Made by a program: the position numbers and the translations under genes
Assembly (NCBI GenBank): GCA_949298955.1
Contig: CASFYQ010000006.1
Location: 111,473 to 175,472, forward strand
DNA from: an uncultured Bacteroidales bacterium
GTDB lineage: Bacteria > Bacteroidota > Bacteroidia > Bacteroidales > Barnesiellaceae
DNA length: 64,000 bases
Reading direction: 5' to 3'
In this document: one piece after another, positions 24,464-35,438 of the stretch
Numbering within the stretch: the stretch's first letter is position 1
How the letters are laid out: each line of letters opens with the position of its first letter
Notes under the pieces: model-generated
What the model saw: only the letters and a program-made list of their open reading frames with translations
Database searches by the model: none
Told to the model about the DNA's origin: nothing

Positions 24464-24471
24464 CAAAGATA
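24464..24471 (-). promoter_or_regulatory. Bacteroides-type -7 box (TATCTTTG on the minus strand) for the tRNA-Asp/His unit
   Basis: The reverse complement of 24464-24471 is TATCTTTG, 19 nt upstream of the tRNA-Asp 5' end. Confidence 0.5.
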
Positions 24472-24742
24472 GAGCATTTTTTTATTCTGCACAATATCTT
24501 GGATAAGAATTTTTGCAAAAAAATAATCCTCTGTTTTTATTCTGCACGGAAACAGATACTTACCCGATTGCTTGGCGGCTCTTTTTCTTGTGAGGCGGGT
24601 GGCTTTTACCGGATATGAATCTGCTGCCGGTTTGTTGAGGAATAAAAAAGTCCGGCCCCGGAGGTGGAAATGACCACGCCGGAGCCGGTAGAAATAATGG
24701 GGGACGTTACCGGGAGACTGGTGTCACCGCGGCATTGTCGAT

Positions 24743-27022
24743 TTAGCGGATAACGATTTTGTGGGTGGTGTTGTTGCCCGAAGCCGTTACATGGAGTATA
24801 TAAACTCCACGGGTGAGACCGGAAATTTGTATAGTCCCGTTTTCGGCTTCATGGTGTCCCAGCAGCATACCCGAGGTCGAATAGAGTGTTGCCTGTCGCA
24901 GCCCTTCGGCCGAGATGTGCAGAGCTTCACCCTGTTGGGCTATCGAGACGGTTTGCGAGCCGATGGCTTCGATAGCCGATTGTGACTTGACAAGAACCGA
25001 CAGGGGGATATATTTGTCGGCCGCGCCGCGTGAAGCCAGTTTGACGTATGCCTCGTGTACACCCAAATCGTTGCTGTTGAACGATACGGTGAAAGAGCCG
25101 CCTGTGGCGGGAAGCGATTGTGTAGAGAGTTTGAATTTGCTCGGGTTGGCTCCGCCCAGCGACAGTTTGATGGGTTCGGTGAGGTTCTTGCCGGTCACCG
25201 TGATTTTGCCGCTCACCTGGTCTTTGCCTTGTGCGGCAATCATGGTTACGCGGGTAGAATCGCTGGTTACCTCGGGCAGGTCGGTACGTCCCCAGCCTAT
25301 ATCGTCGAGGTAGTAGGTTACGGCGTTCTCATTGCCCCAGAGTCCGGTATATTTGAAAGCCATGAAGAAGACATCGTTGATGTCCTGTCCGTCCAGATTT
25401 ACATGAATTTCATTCCATTCTCCGTTTTGGTCGGGAGTGGCCGGTATACCTACTTCCAGCGGTTGGAAAAAGATGGGCAACCCGGGTATGGTATCGATGT
25501 AGTAAAGTTCCAGCTTGGTAGGACAATTCTCGAAAATATTTTCGCCCATTACCCGGAAGGTGAAGGTCTTCCCTTCGGTATTGTAACTCAAAGCGGGAGT
25601 GACAATCCACATCTCTACCGTTTCGTCGCTGGGAAGCTGGTATACATAGCCCGAAGCTTTGGCCATCTTCTCGCTGTCGAGTTCATATCCCCACCAGGGG
25701 CGATTTCCCTTGGGGGTCACGTTCTGCCAGCCGTCGATTTGCAGGTTTTCGTTTTTGACAGCGTTGTCGAAGGTCTCGAACAACCGGGTTTTGGGATTGC
25801 TCATATCCCAGTTGAACTGGCGTACGAGCGGGGCTTCACCCGGGGTGTCACCGGTAGTGGCTGTTCCGTTGAGGTCGACGATGAGTTCCTGGCCTTCGAG
25901 GGTGGTGAAATGTATCTCCGAGTGATATGTCCCTTCCTGTTTGGGGGCGAAGGTGATGGTGATTTTACTGGGGATATTCTTCACGAACATGGTGCTGGAT
26001 ATGCTGAATGCGGCTCCTTCGATGTGGGTGAGTGAAGCGTGGATATAGTCTATGCAGTTTTGGCTCGTGAAATCGATTATCTGGGTACTTGTTTCGCCAG
26101 CTTTGGCCGAGAAAGCGGGTATCGTAGCCGGCGAGATGCTCATCGAGGGAGGGTTGGAGGGGTCGGTGCAGTAAGCTTTCAGTTGGAAAGTCTGCGTGAG
26201 TTCGTAGTGCCCGGCGCTTTCGATAGTGACGGTTGCCGTGTGGCGTCCTATGGCTGTGGGGTTGTAGGTGAAGATTACCTGTTGCGACGATTCGGTTGTC
26301 GACTGAACCGACGAACTGAATTGCTTGGCATCTTTGCCCGTGATGCTGATGGTCACCGGCTGGTCGAGGTTGGCCTGGGTAATGGTGACGGCGGGATAGT
26401 CGACCGGGGTACCCAGGTGAGCCGATAGTTCGGTAAAGCTGGTCGGCGATACCGTGAGCGTGGGTTCGGCGGGAGTGCTGCCCTCGGCTTTTTGGAAACT
26501 GAAATCGTCGAAAAGCACCTCGACATTTTTGCTAATCAATACCCGGAAATAAAAACCGTTGGCACCTTCGGGGGTTGTGGTTTCGATGCTTTTTTCGGCC
26601 CAGGTGTCGGAGGTGAAGAAATCGGTCGACAGTTTGTCGGCATCGTGGTCGAGCTGGCCGTCGCGGGGGTGATCCCAGAAGCAGTCGAGCTTGATGTCGT
26701 TGCCGTTTTGCGAGGTCAATACCTTGTATTTGATGCGCAGGCGATAGGTGGCTCCGGGTTCGAAATCGGTGCTAATCTCTTGTTCGAGTATGTTTTGTGC
26801 CTGTTTGGCATTGTTTACTTTCATGGCTTGTTCGCCCTCGACCTTGTCGGCGGTTTCGACGACGGCCATTCCCAGACCCGTATTCCAGTCGGTGAAGGTA
26901 GTGGTTTGGAACAGTGCGTTGACCGTGGCATCTTCAAATCCCGGGTTCGACAGCATCTCGTCGGTGGCAAAAGCGCTGGTCGCCAGCAGCCAGAGGGAAA
27001 GGAGTAAAAATGGTTTTTTCAT
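24743..27022 (-). CDS. Secreted T9SS cargo protein (N-terminal CBM-like domain, Ig-like middle, C-terminal T9SS sorting domain)
   Basis: Signal peptide MKKPFLLLSLWLLATSAFA. N-terminal SNPGFED...W carbohydrate-binding-module-like start. C-terminal ~80 aa ending ...GLTRGVYILHVTASGNNTTHKIVIR is typical of the type A Por/T9SS CTD. Confidence 0.85.
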   Translation of the reverse strand: MKKPFLLLSLWLLATSAFATDEMLSNPGFEDATVNALFQTTTFTDWNTGLGMAVVETADKVEGEQAMKVNNAKQAQNILEQEISTDFEPGATYRLRIKYKVLTSQNGNDIKLDCFWDHPRDGQLDHDADKLSTDFFTSDTWAEKSIETTTPEGANGFYFRVLISKNVEVLFDDFSFQKAEGSTPAEPTLTVSPTSFTELSAHLGTPVDYPAVTITQANLDQPVTISITGKDAKQFSSSVQSTTESSQQVIFTYNPTAIGRHTATVTIESAGHYELTQTFQLKAYCTDPSNPPSMSISPATIPAFSAKAGETSTQIIDFTSQNCIDYIHASLTHIEGAAFSISSTMFVKNIPSKITITFAPKQEGTYHSEIHFTTLEGQELIVDLNGTATTGDTPGEAPLVRQFNWDMSNPKTRLFETFDNAVKNENLQIDGWQNVTPKGNRPWWGYELDSEKMAKASGYVYQLPSDETVEMWIVTPALSYNTEGKTFTFRVMGENIFENCPTKLELYYIDTIPGLPIFFQPLEVGIPATPDQNGEWNEIHVNLDGQDINDVFFMAFKYTGLWGNENAVTYYLDDIGWGRTDLPEVTSDSTRVTMIAAQGKDQVSGKITVTGKNLTEPIKLSLGGANPSKFKLSTQSLPATGGSFTVSFNSNDLGVHEAYVKLASRGAADKYIPLSVLVKSQSAIEAIGSQTVSIAQQGEALHISAEGLRQATLYSTSGMLLGHHEAENGTIQISGLTRGVYILHVTASGNNTTHKIVIR

Positions 27023-27562
27023 AAAAAAAGAGTTTAATGATATAGGAGAATCTCGTGAGTCGAGGCTCCCCTATGAGGTTAGGTAAATAGTTGTTTTTTT
27101 ATTCGGTAAAATTGTTCCCGTTGCAGGGCCTGTTTTCGATGGAGCTGGTGCCCCTGTGCGGCGGGTAAATTTTAGGCATAAAAAGGGAGATTATACGATT
27201 AACAAATTCTATATATTTTTACTTGGGAGGATAAATATAGAATGCACTTTTACAAAAAACATAAAAATATGTGTAATATTTATTGTTTTTTAACGTGTGA
27301 ATTTTGCTAAAATGGGAGGATTTTTAGTGGTGGAAATTTATTTTCCCGATAATTCTTAGGACTGCTTTTGGTGTGGAGATAGCTGTACGTAAGTGAGTTG
27401 GATTTTTTTTATTCTTTTGAAATTTCCCTGCAAAACTGTAAGAACAACAGTCCGGTAAAGATTGGCCGAAACCTGGTTGAGAGCCGCGTGTGTAGAATAT
27501 GGCAGCCGATAATTATAATCCCGATTAAATTTTCTACATTTGTGGATATTAACCGAGTGAAT

Positions 27563-29491
27563 ATGGAAAAAAATTTCGGATTTGTAAAAGTCGCGGCGGC
27601 CGTTCCCCGGGTAGAGGTGGCCGATTGCCGATACAATATCAGTGAGATAGAGAAGCAGATAGCCGAGGCTTCGGGCCTGGGTGTGCAGATAATTGTCTTT
27701 CCCGAGTTGTCGGTTACAGCCTATACTTGTGGCGACCTGTTCGGTCACACCTTGCTGCTCGACCAGGCGCAGCAGGCCTTGGCGCGATTGCTCGACGTAA
27801 CTCGCGATTGTCCGTTGCTGGTTGTCGTGGGTATGCCGGTCGCTTGGGGTAATAGCTTGTACAACTGTGCGGTAGCCTTTCAATACGGGCGAATTTTGGG
27901 AGTCGTTCCCAAGAGCTATCTGCCCAACTACAAGGAGTTTTACGAGGAGCGGTGGTTTGCCTCGGGGCTTTCCGTTGCGGGCGAGAGCGTTGTGTTGTGC
28001 GGCAGTCGGGTGCCCTTTGGTACCGACCTGCTGTTCGAGAGTGCGGGAGCGGTCGTCGGTATCGAGCTGTGTGAAGACTTGTGGGTGCCCATACCGCCCA
28101 GTAGCCATTTGGCACGGCAGGGTGCCGACATCATTCTCAACCTGTCGGCTTCGAACGAACTGATAGGGAAGCACCACTATCTGCTCTCGTTGCTGCGGCA
28201 GCAGTCGGCCCGTTGTTTGTCCGGATATGTGTATGCTTCGGCAGGGTTCGGCGAGTCGTCGACCGACCTGGTTTTTGCCGGGAATGGTATTGTGGTGGAG
28301 AATGGCACGATTTTGGCACAGACCGAACGTTTTGAACTGACCCCTCGTCTGGCGGTGAGCGAAATCGATGTAGAGCGGTTGCGCATCGAGCGTCGGGTGA
28401 AGACCTCTTTTGCCCAAGGCTCCGATTCGATGTCACGTCCTGTGCGCCGCATTTCTTTCGAGCTGGCCGATGTGCCTTTGCAGTTGACGCGCCCCATGTC
28501 GTCGCGTCCTTTTGTACCTGCCGACTCGGCCGTGCTGCATGGCCGTTGCGAGGAGATTCTCTCCATACAGGCAGCAGGGTTGGCCAAACGTCTGGTTCAC
28601 ACGCGGGCCCAAAGCGTGGTGATAGGAATCTCGGGCGGTCTCGATTCGACGTTGGCCTTGTTGGTGGCCGTGAAAGCCCTCGACCGGCTGGGTGAACCTC
28701 GGCAGAAAATCGTCGGGGTAACCATGCCGGGCTTCGGTACGACCGGTCGCACCTATCGCAATGCCGTGGCATTGATGCGGGCGTTGGGAATTACGATTCG
28801 GGAAATTTCGATACGCGAGGCATGCGAACTCCATTTCAGGGACATCGGTCACGATATGGCCGTGCAGGATGTTACTTATGAAAATTCGCAGGCTCGCGAG
28901 CGCACGCAGATCCTGATGGATATAGCCAACCAGACGGGAGGTTTGGTCGTGGGCACCGGCGACTTGTCGGAGCTGGCGCTTGGCTGGGCTACCTATAACG
29001 GCGACCATATGTCGATGTATGGTGTGTCGGCGAGTATCCCCAAGACTTTGGTCAAATATCTGGTACACTGGATGGCCGAAAATGAATTGACGGGCGAGGC
29101 CCGTGAGACATTGCTCGACATTGTCGATACGCCGATTAGCCCCGAGCTGATTCCGGCCGACGAGGATGGGGAAATCAAACAGAAAACCGAGGACTTGGTC
29201 GGCCCCTATGCGCTGCACGACTTTTTCCTTTACAATATGCTTCGCTACGGCTTCTCGCCAGCCAAACTCTATTTCCTGGCTTGTTATTCATTTGACGGGG
29301 AGTTTGACGACGACACAATCAAAAAATGGTTGAAAGTCTTTTGCCGCCGATTCTTCAACCAGCAGTTCAAACGATCCTGCTTGCCCGATGGGCCTAAGGT
29401 GGGATCGGTGAGTCTCTCGCCGCGCGGCGACTGGCGGATGCCCAGCGATGCGTCGAGTGCTTTGTGGCTGAGCGAGTGCGACGCGTTGTAG
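27563..29491 (+). CDS. nadE: Glutamine-dependent NAD+ synthetase
   Basis: N-terminal nitrilase/CN-hydrolase domain (FPELSVTAYTCGDLF, ELCEDLW). C-terminal NAD synthetase domain with SGGLDST PP-loop. A TACATTTG -7 box lies at 27535-27542. Confidence 0.93.
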   Translation: MEKNFGFVKVAAAVPRVEVADCRYNISEIEKQIAEASGLGVQIIVFPELSVTAYTCGDLFGHTLLLDQAQQALARLLDVTRDCPLLVVVGMPVAWGNSLYNCAVAFQYGRILGVVPKSYLPNYKEFYEERWFASGLSVAGESVVLCGSRVPFGTDLLFESAGAVVGIELCEDLWVPIPPSSHLARQGADIILNLSASNELIGKHHYLLSLLRQQSARCLSGYVYASAGFGESSTDLVFAGNGIVVENGTILAQTERFELTPRLAVSEIDVERLRIERRVKTSFAQGSDSMSRPVRRISFELADVPLQLTRPMSSRPFVPADSAVLHGRCEEILSIQAAGLAKRLVHTRAQSVVIGISGGLDSTLALLVAVKALDRLGEPRQKIVGVTMPGFGTTGRTYRNAVALMRALGITIREISIREACELHFRDIGHDMAVQDVTYENSQARERTQILMDIANQTGGLVVGTGDLSELALGWATYNGDHMSMYGVSASIPKTLVKYLVHWMAENELTGEARETLLDIVDTPISPELIPADEDGEIKQKTEDLVGPYALHDFFLYNMLRYGFSPAKLYFLACYSFDGEFDDDTIKKWLKVFCRRFFNQQFKRSCLPDGPKVGSVSLSPRGDWRMPSDASSALWLSECDAL

Positions 29492-29541
29492 AGAGTCTTT
29501 ATATATATAAATAAGGTAACAGGCGAGTCGGGAGAGTGTGA

Positions 29542-32500
29542 TTATTTCTCTTCCGGCTCGTTAGGTTTTGTAGCCGGTTGTCGTCTGACGATCTGAATCG
29601 AATCGGCGGGTAGAGTCGGGATTTCGGTTCGAGGGGCAGCCGTGGAGTTGAGGGTCGAGTCGGTCGGAGTCGTGGGCCGGGGAACCGTAGGGGCATTTTG
29701 TGTGCTGTCGGCCGGAGTTCTCGATTGAGTATTTTTCTTGAACAAGTCGCTCCAGCGGTTAAAATCGTGTTTCAGCATGATGCCTACGCCCTGTGTCGTA
29801 AGGGCCGACTTGATGTAATAGTTCTGGTCGTTGTAGTGGTTGTAGGCTTTGAGACGTATCGTCCCGCTCTTGTTGAGCAGATATTCCAGATCGAAATCGC
29901 CGATGAAGGTGTTGTTGTTGACCGTGTTGTCGCGGTATCCGAAATTGCCGTTGAAGATAAGCCGGTTGTTCAGCAGTTGGCTCGACAGGGCCAGGTCTAC
30001 CTCCATGTCGGAGAAATCGCCCTTCTCGCTGCGGAAATTCGGCGAGATGTTCCAGTTGTCGCTCAACTGTCCCAAAATATTGCCCAGTTGCGACGAGAGG
30101 GTCGACGATGCCACCGATACCAGCTCGTTGTTGCGGCTTTGTCCCATGTTCATGAAGTCGGGGGTGTAGAATCGGTTCAGGGCCAGCAGGTAGATGATTT
30201 GGCGGTTCATCATGTCGTTGGTGCTGATGATGCTGCGCACACGGCGGTCGACATCTTGGGTGAGGGTGGGGAAGGCGATGTCGAAGCTGAGGTCGGGGCG
30301 ACGCACGTCGCCCGAAACGTTCAGAATCGTTTGTACGGGCACGGTCGTTCGCGTCAGTTCCTTGTCGTTGGCAAAAGTCTCGTCGAGGTCGAGCAGATTG
30401 GCCGTGAGGGAGTAGATGGCCGAGATGTCGAGATTGGTTGCCATGGGGTCTCCGTGGAAAGATACCCGGCTGCCCTCTTTAATGGAAAAGTCGCGGGTGA
30501 TGATGTCTTGCAGGCTGAAATTGTAGCTCCCTTTTTCCAGCACATACGAGCCGTAGAGTTTCATGTCGTCGGCCATCGAGTTGTATTCGAGCCGTATACT
30601 GCCCCGGCCGGTCGCCTTGATCATGTCGCCGGTCGATTTGTCCATGACCAGATTCATCTTGGCTTGATTGGTCGCCTCGATTTGCAGATTGAGCGCCAGA
30701 ATACTGTTGCCTTGTATCGTAGTCTTTTCGAGCATGCGGGCATTGTTTTTGATGGCCATGCTGTCGGTGAAACTGTGGTGAGTCTCTGCAACGGGGCGGC
30801 TCGAATTGGTAAAAGTGATAAAGTCGTACTCGCCGGCAGCTTCGGAGCCTGAAAGCACGAAAGTAAAATTCGATTGATCGCCGGTCGACATATTCACATC
30901 GATTTGGTTTATCCCCGGGGAGCCTTTAAGCAAGGCCGAACCCGAACCGTAGATAGTGCCGTAGTAGACGGGGCTTTGTCGTTCGGTCACGTCGTAGACG
31001 AGGAAATCGTGTGCGTTGGTGATGGCGATGTCGTAGGCGAGGTTTTTGAAATTGCGGTGCGAGAGCCAGCCCGAGCCTTTGGCCGTGTGCCGCAATTTGT
31101 CATAGACGGTTACATTGTCGAACCAAATGCGGGTAGGCGAGAGGTGTATGCTGTCGGTGAGCGTATAGCGGGTGTTGAGGTAACCGATGCCGAAATTGAA
31201 ATTCTCGACATAAGCGTCGCCTGTCACGTTCAATGCCTTGAAGCGTCCGTAAAAGTCGATGTGTCCGCTGGCTACGCCCGAGAGGTCGGTCATGACGGTC
31301 GAGACAAAGGGGCGCAAGAAGGCGATGTTCAGCCGGTCGGGGTCGAACGACAGGGCGAGAGAGTCGCGGGTAGGAAAGATATACCCGTCGATATAGGTCT
31401 GTTTTTCTTCCTGATTCTCGACAAACCCTTTCATGAGGATACCCTGGTTGTCGTTGTCCCACATGCTGAAAAGGTGCAGGTCGCCGAATACGGCCCCGTT
31501 GTAGGCAAAGTTTTTGACATCGAACTGCTCGGTGCCGATACGGGGAGCGCCGGTAAAGAGATGTGAAGCAACCAAATTGCCGGTTGCATGGCCTCCGAAC
31601 GATACATGTCTGATGTTGAGGGCTCCGAAGATATAGTCGAGGTCTACGTCGTTGAGCTGGATATTCAGCTCGTCGTCTTCCCGATCCGAGGCAACGCCGT
31701 CGATGAATATGTATTGGGGCGAATGCGAAATTTCGAAATCACGCACTTCGAGATGTTTGTCGCAAAAGGTGAGTTCGGCCGGCTTCATCTGCCAAATGGT
31801 ATCGTTGAAGATGAGCGTCGAGGGGTTGACTCGGGTGTGTACCTGCAACTTGTTCTCGGTGGGAGTGCGCGAGAATGCGGTCGAGGTGTTCAGTTCGCCG
31901 TAGAAGGTCGACCGGGTGTCGTTGTTCCAGTTGAGCATCAGGTCGAGGCTGTCGTTGTGCGCCTTGCTGCGCAGACTCCAGTTGGTGCGAACCCGCTTTT
32001 TGTTGTAGGTGCTCGTCTCTATCGACAGCGATATTTGCGAGGTGTCTCTGCGGGCGGAGATGAAAGCATCTTCGATATGGGTCTTTTTATACCACAAGTG
32101 GGGCATTTGTCCGATGATGGAGGCAGTATTGAGGGCGCTGTTCATTTCGCCCTCGATGGTGGCCCGGTCGGTAAAGGTAACGGGTAGATCGAACACTTGC
32201 GCCATGTGCATATTGGGCTCGATGGTAAAGCGGAATCTGAATCGGTTGAGGGGGACGGGTTCCTCCTGTTTTTCCTTTTTTCCCTTTTTCCGGTTGCTTC
32301 GACTTTGTTCCGGTTCTTCGGGGCGGGGCATGATTGAGGGCAGAGCCTGGGTTACGAGCGATTGCAACGACTCTTTCAGTGTCGAGAATTGGTACTCTCC
32401 TTCAACCCGGCCGTTGATGTAGTCCGATGTAATGGCGATACTTTGCGGTGTTTGCCGGTTGTGGGCCTCGATGCTTAGCCGGTCGAGGGTGAAAATGTCG

Positions 32501-34236
32501 TTTTCTTTGGTGAAAGTGAGGCTGTCGAGCGAGACGGCCCCCTCGGCATTGTCGAGGTCGTTGCCGGTAAATTGGGCTGTGATGTTGAACCCCAATTTGG
32601 AGCCTTTATACCCGGGCATCAACTTCAGCTCGGCTACATCGATGTCGTGGGCCTGTACGGTGAGGTCGAACTCCGAATCCTGTTGTTTCAGCACAGCGAG
32701 CCCCTCGACCTTTACCCGGCCGTTGGGGTCGTCGATTTGGGCGATACCGTTGTAGCGGTTGTCGCCAAACTCGCCGTTGAGTGATATGTTTTCATAGGGG
32801 TATCCTTTATATTCGAAGCGGTTGATTGTGCCTGCGAGTTTGCCCGTTGGGGCTCGATAGGGTTCTTTGCGGCTGTCGAGCTCTATCTTGAAAATAAATT
32901 CGCCGTAGGGGTTTCCTTCGGCAAAAAGCCCGTGCAAGTCGAATTTTTGCGATTCGATAAGGCCGGAGTAGAGCATGCAGCCTGCTTTCTTGTCTTGTTT
33001 GGCTGCGATGTCGGAGTGTATGGTTCCCAAGTCGGTCGTGAGAGTCCCGCAGGCCGTCAGATTGTGTTGCCGGTTGGCGATGTCGCCGCTGAACCGTACG
33101 CTGCCCAAGCGTGCGATGGTGCTGCGCTGTTGGTGGGTGAGCGAGGGGATTTTGGGGAGAATGTTGGTCAGACCCTCGGCCGAGGCATTCAGGGTGATGG
33201 GGTCGCACACGATACTGCGGTTCGAGTCGGCGATTCGTTTTACGGCAATTTGGCTATGGGCGGTGATGCTACCTTGTCCGAAATCGAAATCGAAGGTGTG
33301 TACGTAGAAATTATTGGGCGTTCCTGACAGGTGCACCGACAGGTTGACCGAGGTCTCTATCTCGTCGAGCAGGGGGACGAACGGGGCGATGTCGGCGAGA
33401 GCGATTTTTGCTTGTGGTATTTGTAGCGAAAAACGGGTCTCGTCGAGGAGCTTGCGGGTCGAGAGCGTGTCGGGCAGGGTGGCCGTGACCGGCTTTATCT
33501 CGATGGCGCTGCCGGGGAGTTGTATCTTGAAATCGCTCAAAGAGGCTTGTTTGCGATTGGCCTCGGCTTTGAATTGCAGTCGGTTAAGTGTAAACCCCGA
33601 CCGCTCGTCGAATGCCAGCCGCTTAATCGAGATGTTTACCGAGTCGTCGGTAAATGATTTGATTGAAAGTTTCGACAGCAGGTTTCTCACCTCGATGTGA
33701 TTGGGGTCGAAGCGTCCCGGTTGGGGCGATGGCGCCGACAACAGGTCGTAGCGGATTTTGCCTCGGCGAATGATGGCGTTGTTTATCTTGAACTTGATTT
33801 TTCCCTTGGGTTTGTCCGATTTGCTTTTGAAGGCGTCGATGACAAACTGCAAGTTGGTGGCCGAGTCGGGGGCGGCTTGGGAGATGCGAGCATCGAGACC
33901 GAACAACTGAATATTGGTAAAGATAAGCTCTTTGTTGAATATAAGGTCGGAGAGCGCAATCCCGGCAGCCGCTTTATTGGCATACAGCAATGTGTCGCCT
34001 TTCAGGTCGGGCAGGTAGACCCCGAAGAGTTCGACTTTGTTAAAGGGCGAGATTTGTATCCGGTCGATGGTTATCGGGCTGTTCAGCAGAGCCGACAGCT
34101 CTTCGACCCCTGTACGTCTCACCCGCTCTTGTACGGCGGGTACCGACAACAGGATATAAGCAATCGTATATATCGCTATAACAGAGATGATAACGATATG
34201 GACAAATAACCGAAAAGCCGAATAGAATTTCCTCAT
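29542..34236 (-). CDS. tamB: Translocation and assembly module protein TamB (AsmA-like, 1564 aa)
   Basis: Single N-terminal TM anchor, very long beta-rich body, C-terminal DUF490-like region (...LIFNGNFGYRDN...RLKAYNHYNDQNYY...), then a Pro/Thr-rich tail. Confidence 0.85.
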   Translation of the reverse strand: MRKFYSAFRLFVHIVIISVIAIYTIAYILLSVPAVQERVRRTGVEELSALLNSPITIDRIQISPFNKVELFGVYLPDLKGDTLLYANKAAAGIALSDLIFNKELIFTNIQLFGLDARISQAAPDSATNLQFVIDAFKSKSDKPKGKIKFKINNAIIRRGKIRYDLLSAPSPQPGRFDPNHIEVRNLLSKLSIKSFTDDSVNISIKRLAFDERSGFTLNRLQFKAEANRKQASLSDFKIQLPGSAIEIKPVTATLPDTLSTRKLLDETRFSLQIPQAKIALADIAPFVPLLDEIETSVNLSVHLSGTPNNFYVHTFDFDFGQGSITAHSQIAVKRIADSNRSIVCDPITLNASAEGLTNILPKIPSLTHQQRSTIARLGSVRFSGDIANRQHNLTACGTLTTDLGTIHSDIAAKQDKKAGCMLYSGLIESQKFDLHGLFAEGNPYGEFIFKIELDSRKEPYRAPTGKLAGTINRFEYKGYPYENISLNGEFGDNRYNGIAQIDDPNGRVKVEGLAVLKQQDSEFDLTVQAHDIDVAELKLMPGYKGSKLGFNITAQFTGNDLDNAEGAVSLDSLTFTKENDIFTLDRLSIEAHNRQTPQSIAITSDYINGRVEGEYQFSTLKESLQSLVTQALPSIMPRPEEPEQSRSNRKKGKKEKQEEPVPLNRFRFRFTIEPNMHMAQVFDLPVTFTDRATIEGEMNSALNTASIIGQMPHLWYKKTHIEDAFISARRDTSQISLSIETSTYNKKRVRTNWSLRSKAHNDSLDLMLNWNNDTRSTFYGELNTSTAFSRTPTENKLQVHTRVNPSTLIFNDTIWQMKPAELTFCDKHLEVRDFEISHSPQYIFIDGVASDREDDELNIQLNDVDLDYIFGALNIRHVSFGGHATGNLVASHLFTGAPRIGTEQFDVKNFAYNGAVFGDLHLFSMWDNDNQGILMKGFVENQEEKQTYIDGYIFPTRDSLALSFDPDRLNIAFLRPFVSTVMTDLSGVASGHIDFYGRFKALNVTGDAYVENFNFGIGYLNTRYTLTDSIHLSPTRIWFDNVTVYDKLRHTAKGSGWLSHRNFKNLAYDIAITNAHDFLVYDVTERQSPVYYGTIYGSGSALLKGSPGINQIDVNMSTGDQSNFTFVLSGSEAAGEYDFITFTNSSRPVAETHHSFTDSMAIKNNARMLEKTTIQGNSILALNLQIEATNQAKMNLVMDKSTGDMIKATGRGSIRLEYNSMADDMKLYGSYVLEKGSYNFSLQDIITRDFSIKEGSRVSFHGDPMATNLDISAIYSLTANLLDLDETFANDKELTRTTVPVQTILNVSGDVRRPDLSFDIAFPTLTQDVDRRVRSIISTNDMMNRQIIYLLALNRFYTPDFMNMGQSRNNELVSVASSTLSSQLGNILGQLSDNWNISPNFRSEKGDFSDMEVDLALSSQLLNNRLIFNGNFGYRDNTVNNNTFIGDFDLEYLLNKSGTIRLKAYNHYNDQNYYIKSALTTQGVGIMLKHDFNRWSDLFKKNTQSRTPADSTQNAPTVPRPTTPTDSTLNSTAAPRTEIPTLPADSIQIVRRQPATKPNEPEEK

Positions 34237-34407
34237 ACTTAAAACGATACAAAAATAGTGTATCCTTTTGAAAGTACCGATAGAATCGCCCTTTTTCTTT
34301 GGTCGCGGGTTGTGAAAAATTGTGTAAAGGCAAGCGCTTTTTGGCTATAAATATGTACTTTTGCAGACCTTGAACAAGGAACGGTAATAAACGAAAAACG
34401 ATACGAT

Positions 34408-35427
34408 ATGAGTGTAACGATTTTAGGTATAGAGTCGTCGTGCGACGATACCTCGGCGGCGGTGATTCGCGATGAAGTGATGCTGTCGAATGTGATAGCC
34501 AGCCAGGCTGTGCACGAAGCTTATGGCGGGGTGGTGCCCGAGTTGGCTTCGCGGGCTCATCAACAGAATATCATACCGGTGGTTTCAGAGGCATTGAAGC
34601 GGGCCGGAGTCAAGCCCGAGGAGCTGAATGCGGTCGCTTTCACCCGCGGCCCCGGTCTTATGGGGTCGCTGCTGGTGGGAACCTCGTTTGCCAAAGGTTT
34701 CACCACGGCTCTCAATATCCCGTTGGTCGATGTGAATCATTTGCAGGCTCACGTGATGGCTCATTTCATCAAACGCACGCCCGACGATGACACGCGGCCT
34801 CCCTTCCCTTTTCTGTGCTTGCTTGTATCGGGAGGCAATTCGCAGATTATCAAGGTTGAAGCCTATAATAAAATGTCGGTTATCGGGCAGACTATCGACG
34901 ATGCGGCAGGCGAGGCTTTCGACAAGTGTGCCAAGGTGATGGGTTTGCCTTATCCCGGTGGGCCGGTAGTCGACCGCCTGGCCAAGGAGGGGAATGCCAA
35001 GGCTTTTGTCTTGAATAAGCCGCATATTCCCGGGCTCGATTACAGTTTCAGTGGGTTGAAGACCTCTTTCCTCTATTTGTTGAGAGATAAAGTCAAGGAA
35101 GACCCCGATTTTATCGAGAAAAATAAATGTGATCTTTGTGCTTCGTTACAGGCTACGATTGTCGATATACTTATGGACAAGCTTTACAAAGCGGTGAAGC
35201 AGACGGGCATCAAGCATGTGGCGGTTGCCGGTGGCGTATCGGCCAACTCGGCCGTGCGCGGGGCCTTCGAAGAGTATGCCCGGCGGTATGGCTGGACAGT
35301 CTACCTGCCTCCTTTCTCTTTCACGACCGACAACGCTGCGATGGTGGCTATTACAGGATATTACAAATATCTGGACAAAGAGTTTTGCAGCATCGAGAAG
35401 GCGCCCTTTGCCCGGGTGGAGTTATAA
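34408..35427 (+). CDS. tsaD: tRNA N6-adenosine threonylcarbamoyltransferase TsaD
   Basis: ILGIESSCDDTSAAV...HLQAH... is the Kae1/TsaD signature over the full length. Confidence 0.95.
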   Translation: MSVTILGIESSCDDTSAAVIRDEVMLSNVIASQAVHEAYGGVVPELASRAHQQNIIPVVSEALKRAGVKPEELNAVAFTRGPGLMGSLLVGTSFAKGFTTALNIPLVDVNHLQAHVMAHFIKRTPDDDTRPPFPFLCLLVSGGNSQIIKVEAYNKMSVIGQTIDDAAGEAFDKCAKVMGLPYPGGPVVDRLAKEGNAKAFVLNKPHIPGLDYSFSGLKTSFLYLLRDKVKEDPDFIEKNKCDLCASLQATIVDILMDKLYKAVKQTGIKHVAVAGGVSANSAVRGAFEEYARRYGWTVYLPPFSFTTDNAAMVAITGYYKYLDKEFCSIEKAPFARVEL

Positions 35428-35438
35428 ATGCAAGACAG

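Noticed and set aside
35136-35438. N-terminal extensions suggested by the ORF track. Examples: cinA from 35136, nadE from 27398, ftsK from 53268, trxB from 50043, rlmH from 10636, menC from 43420, menF from 39828, bioB from 23741.
   Set aside because: The extensions overlap upstream genes or promoters and lack similarity to the protein families. Internal ATGs that coincide with the conserved N-termini and with TAnnTTTG boxes give the expected lengths.
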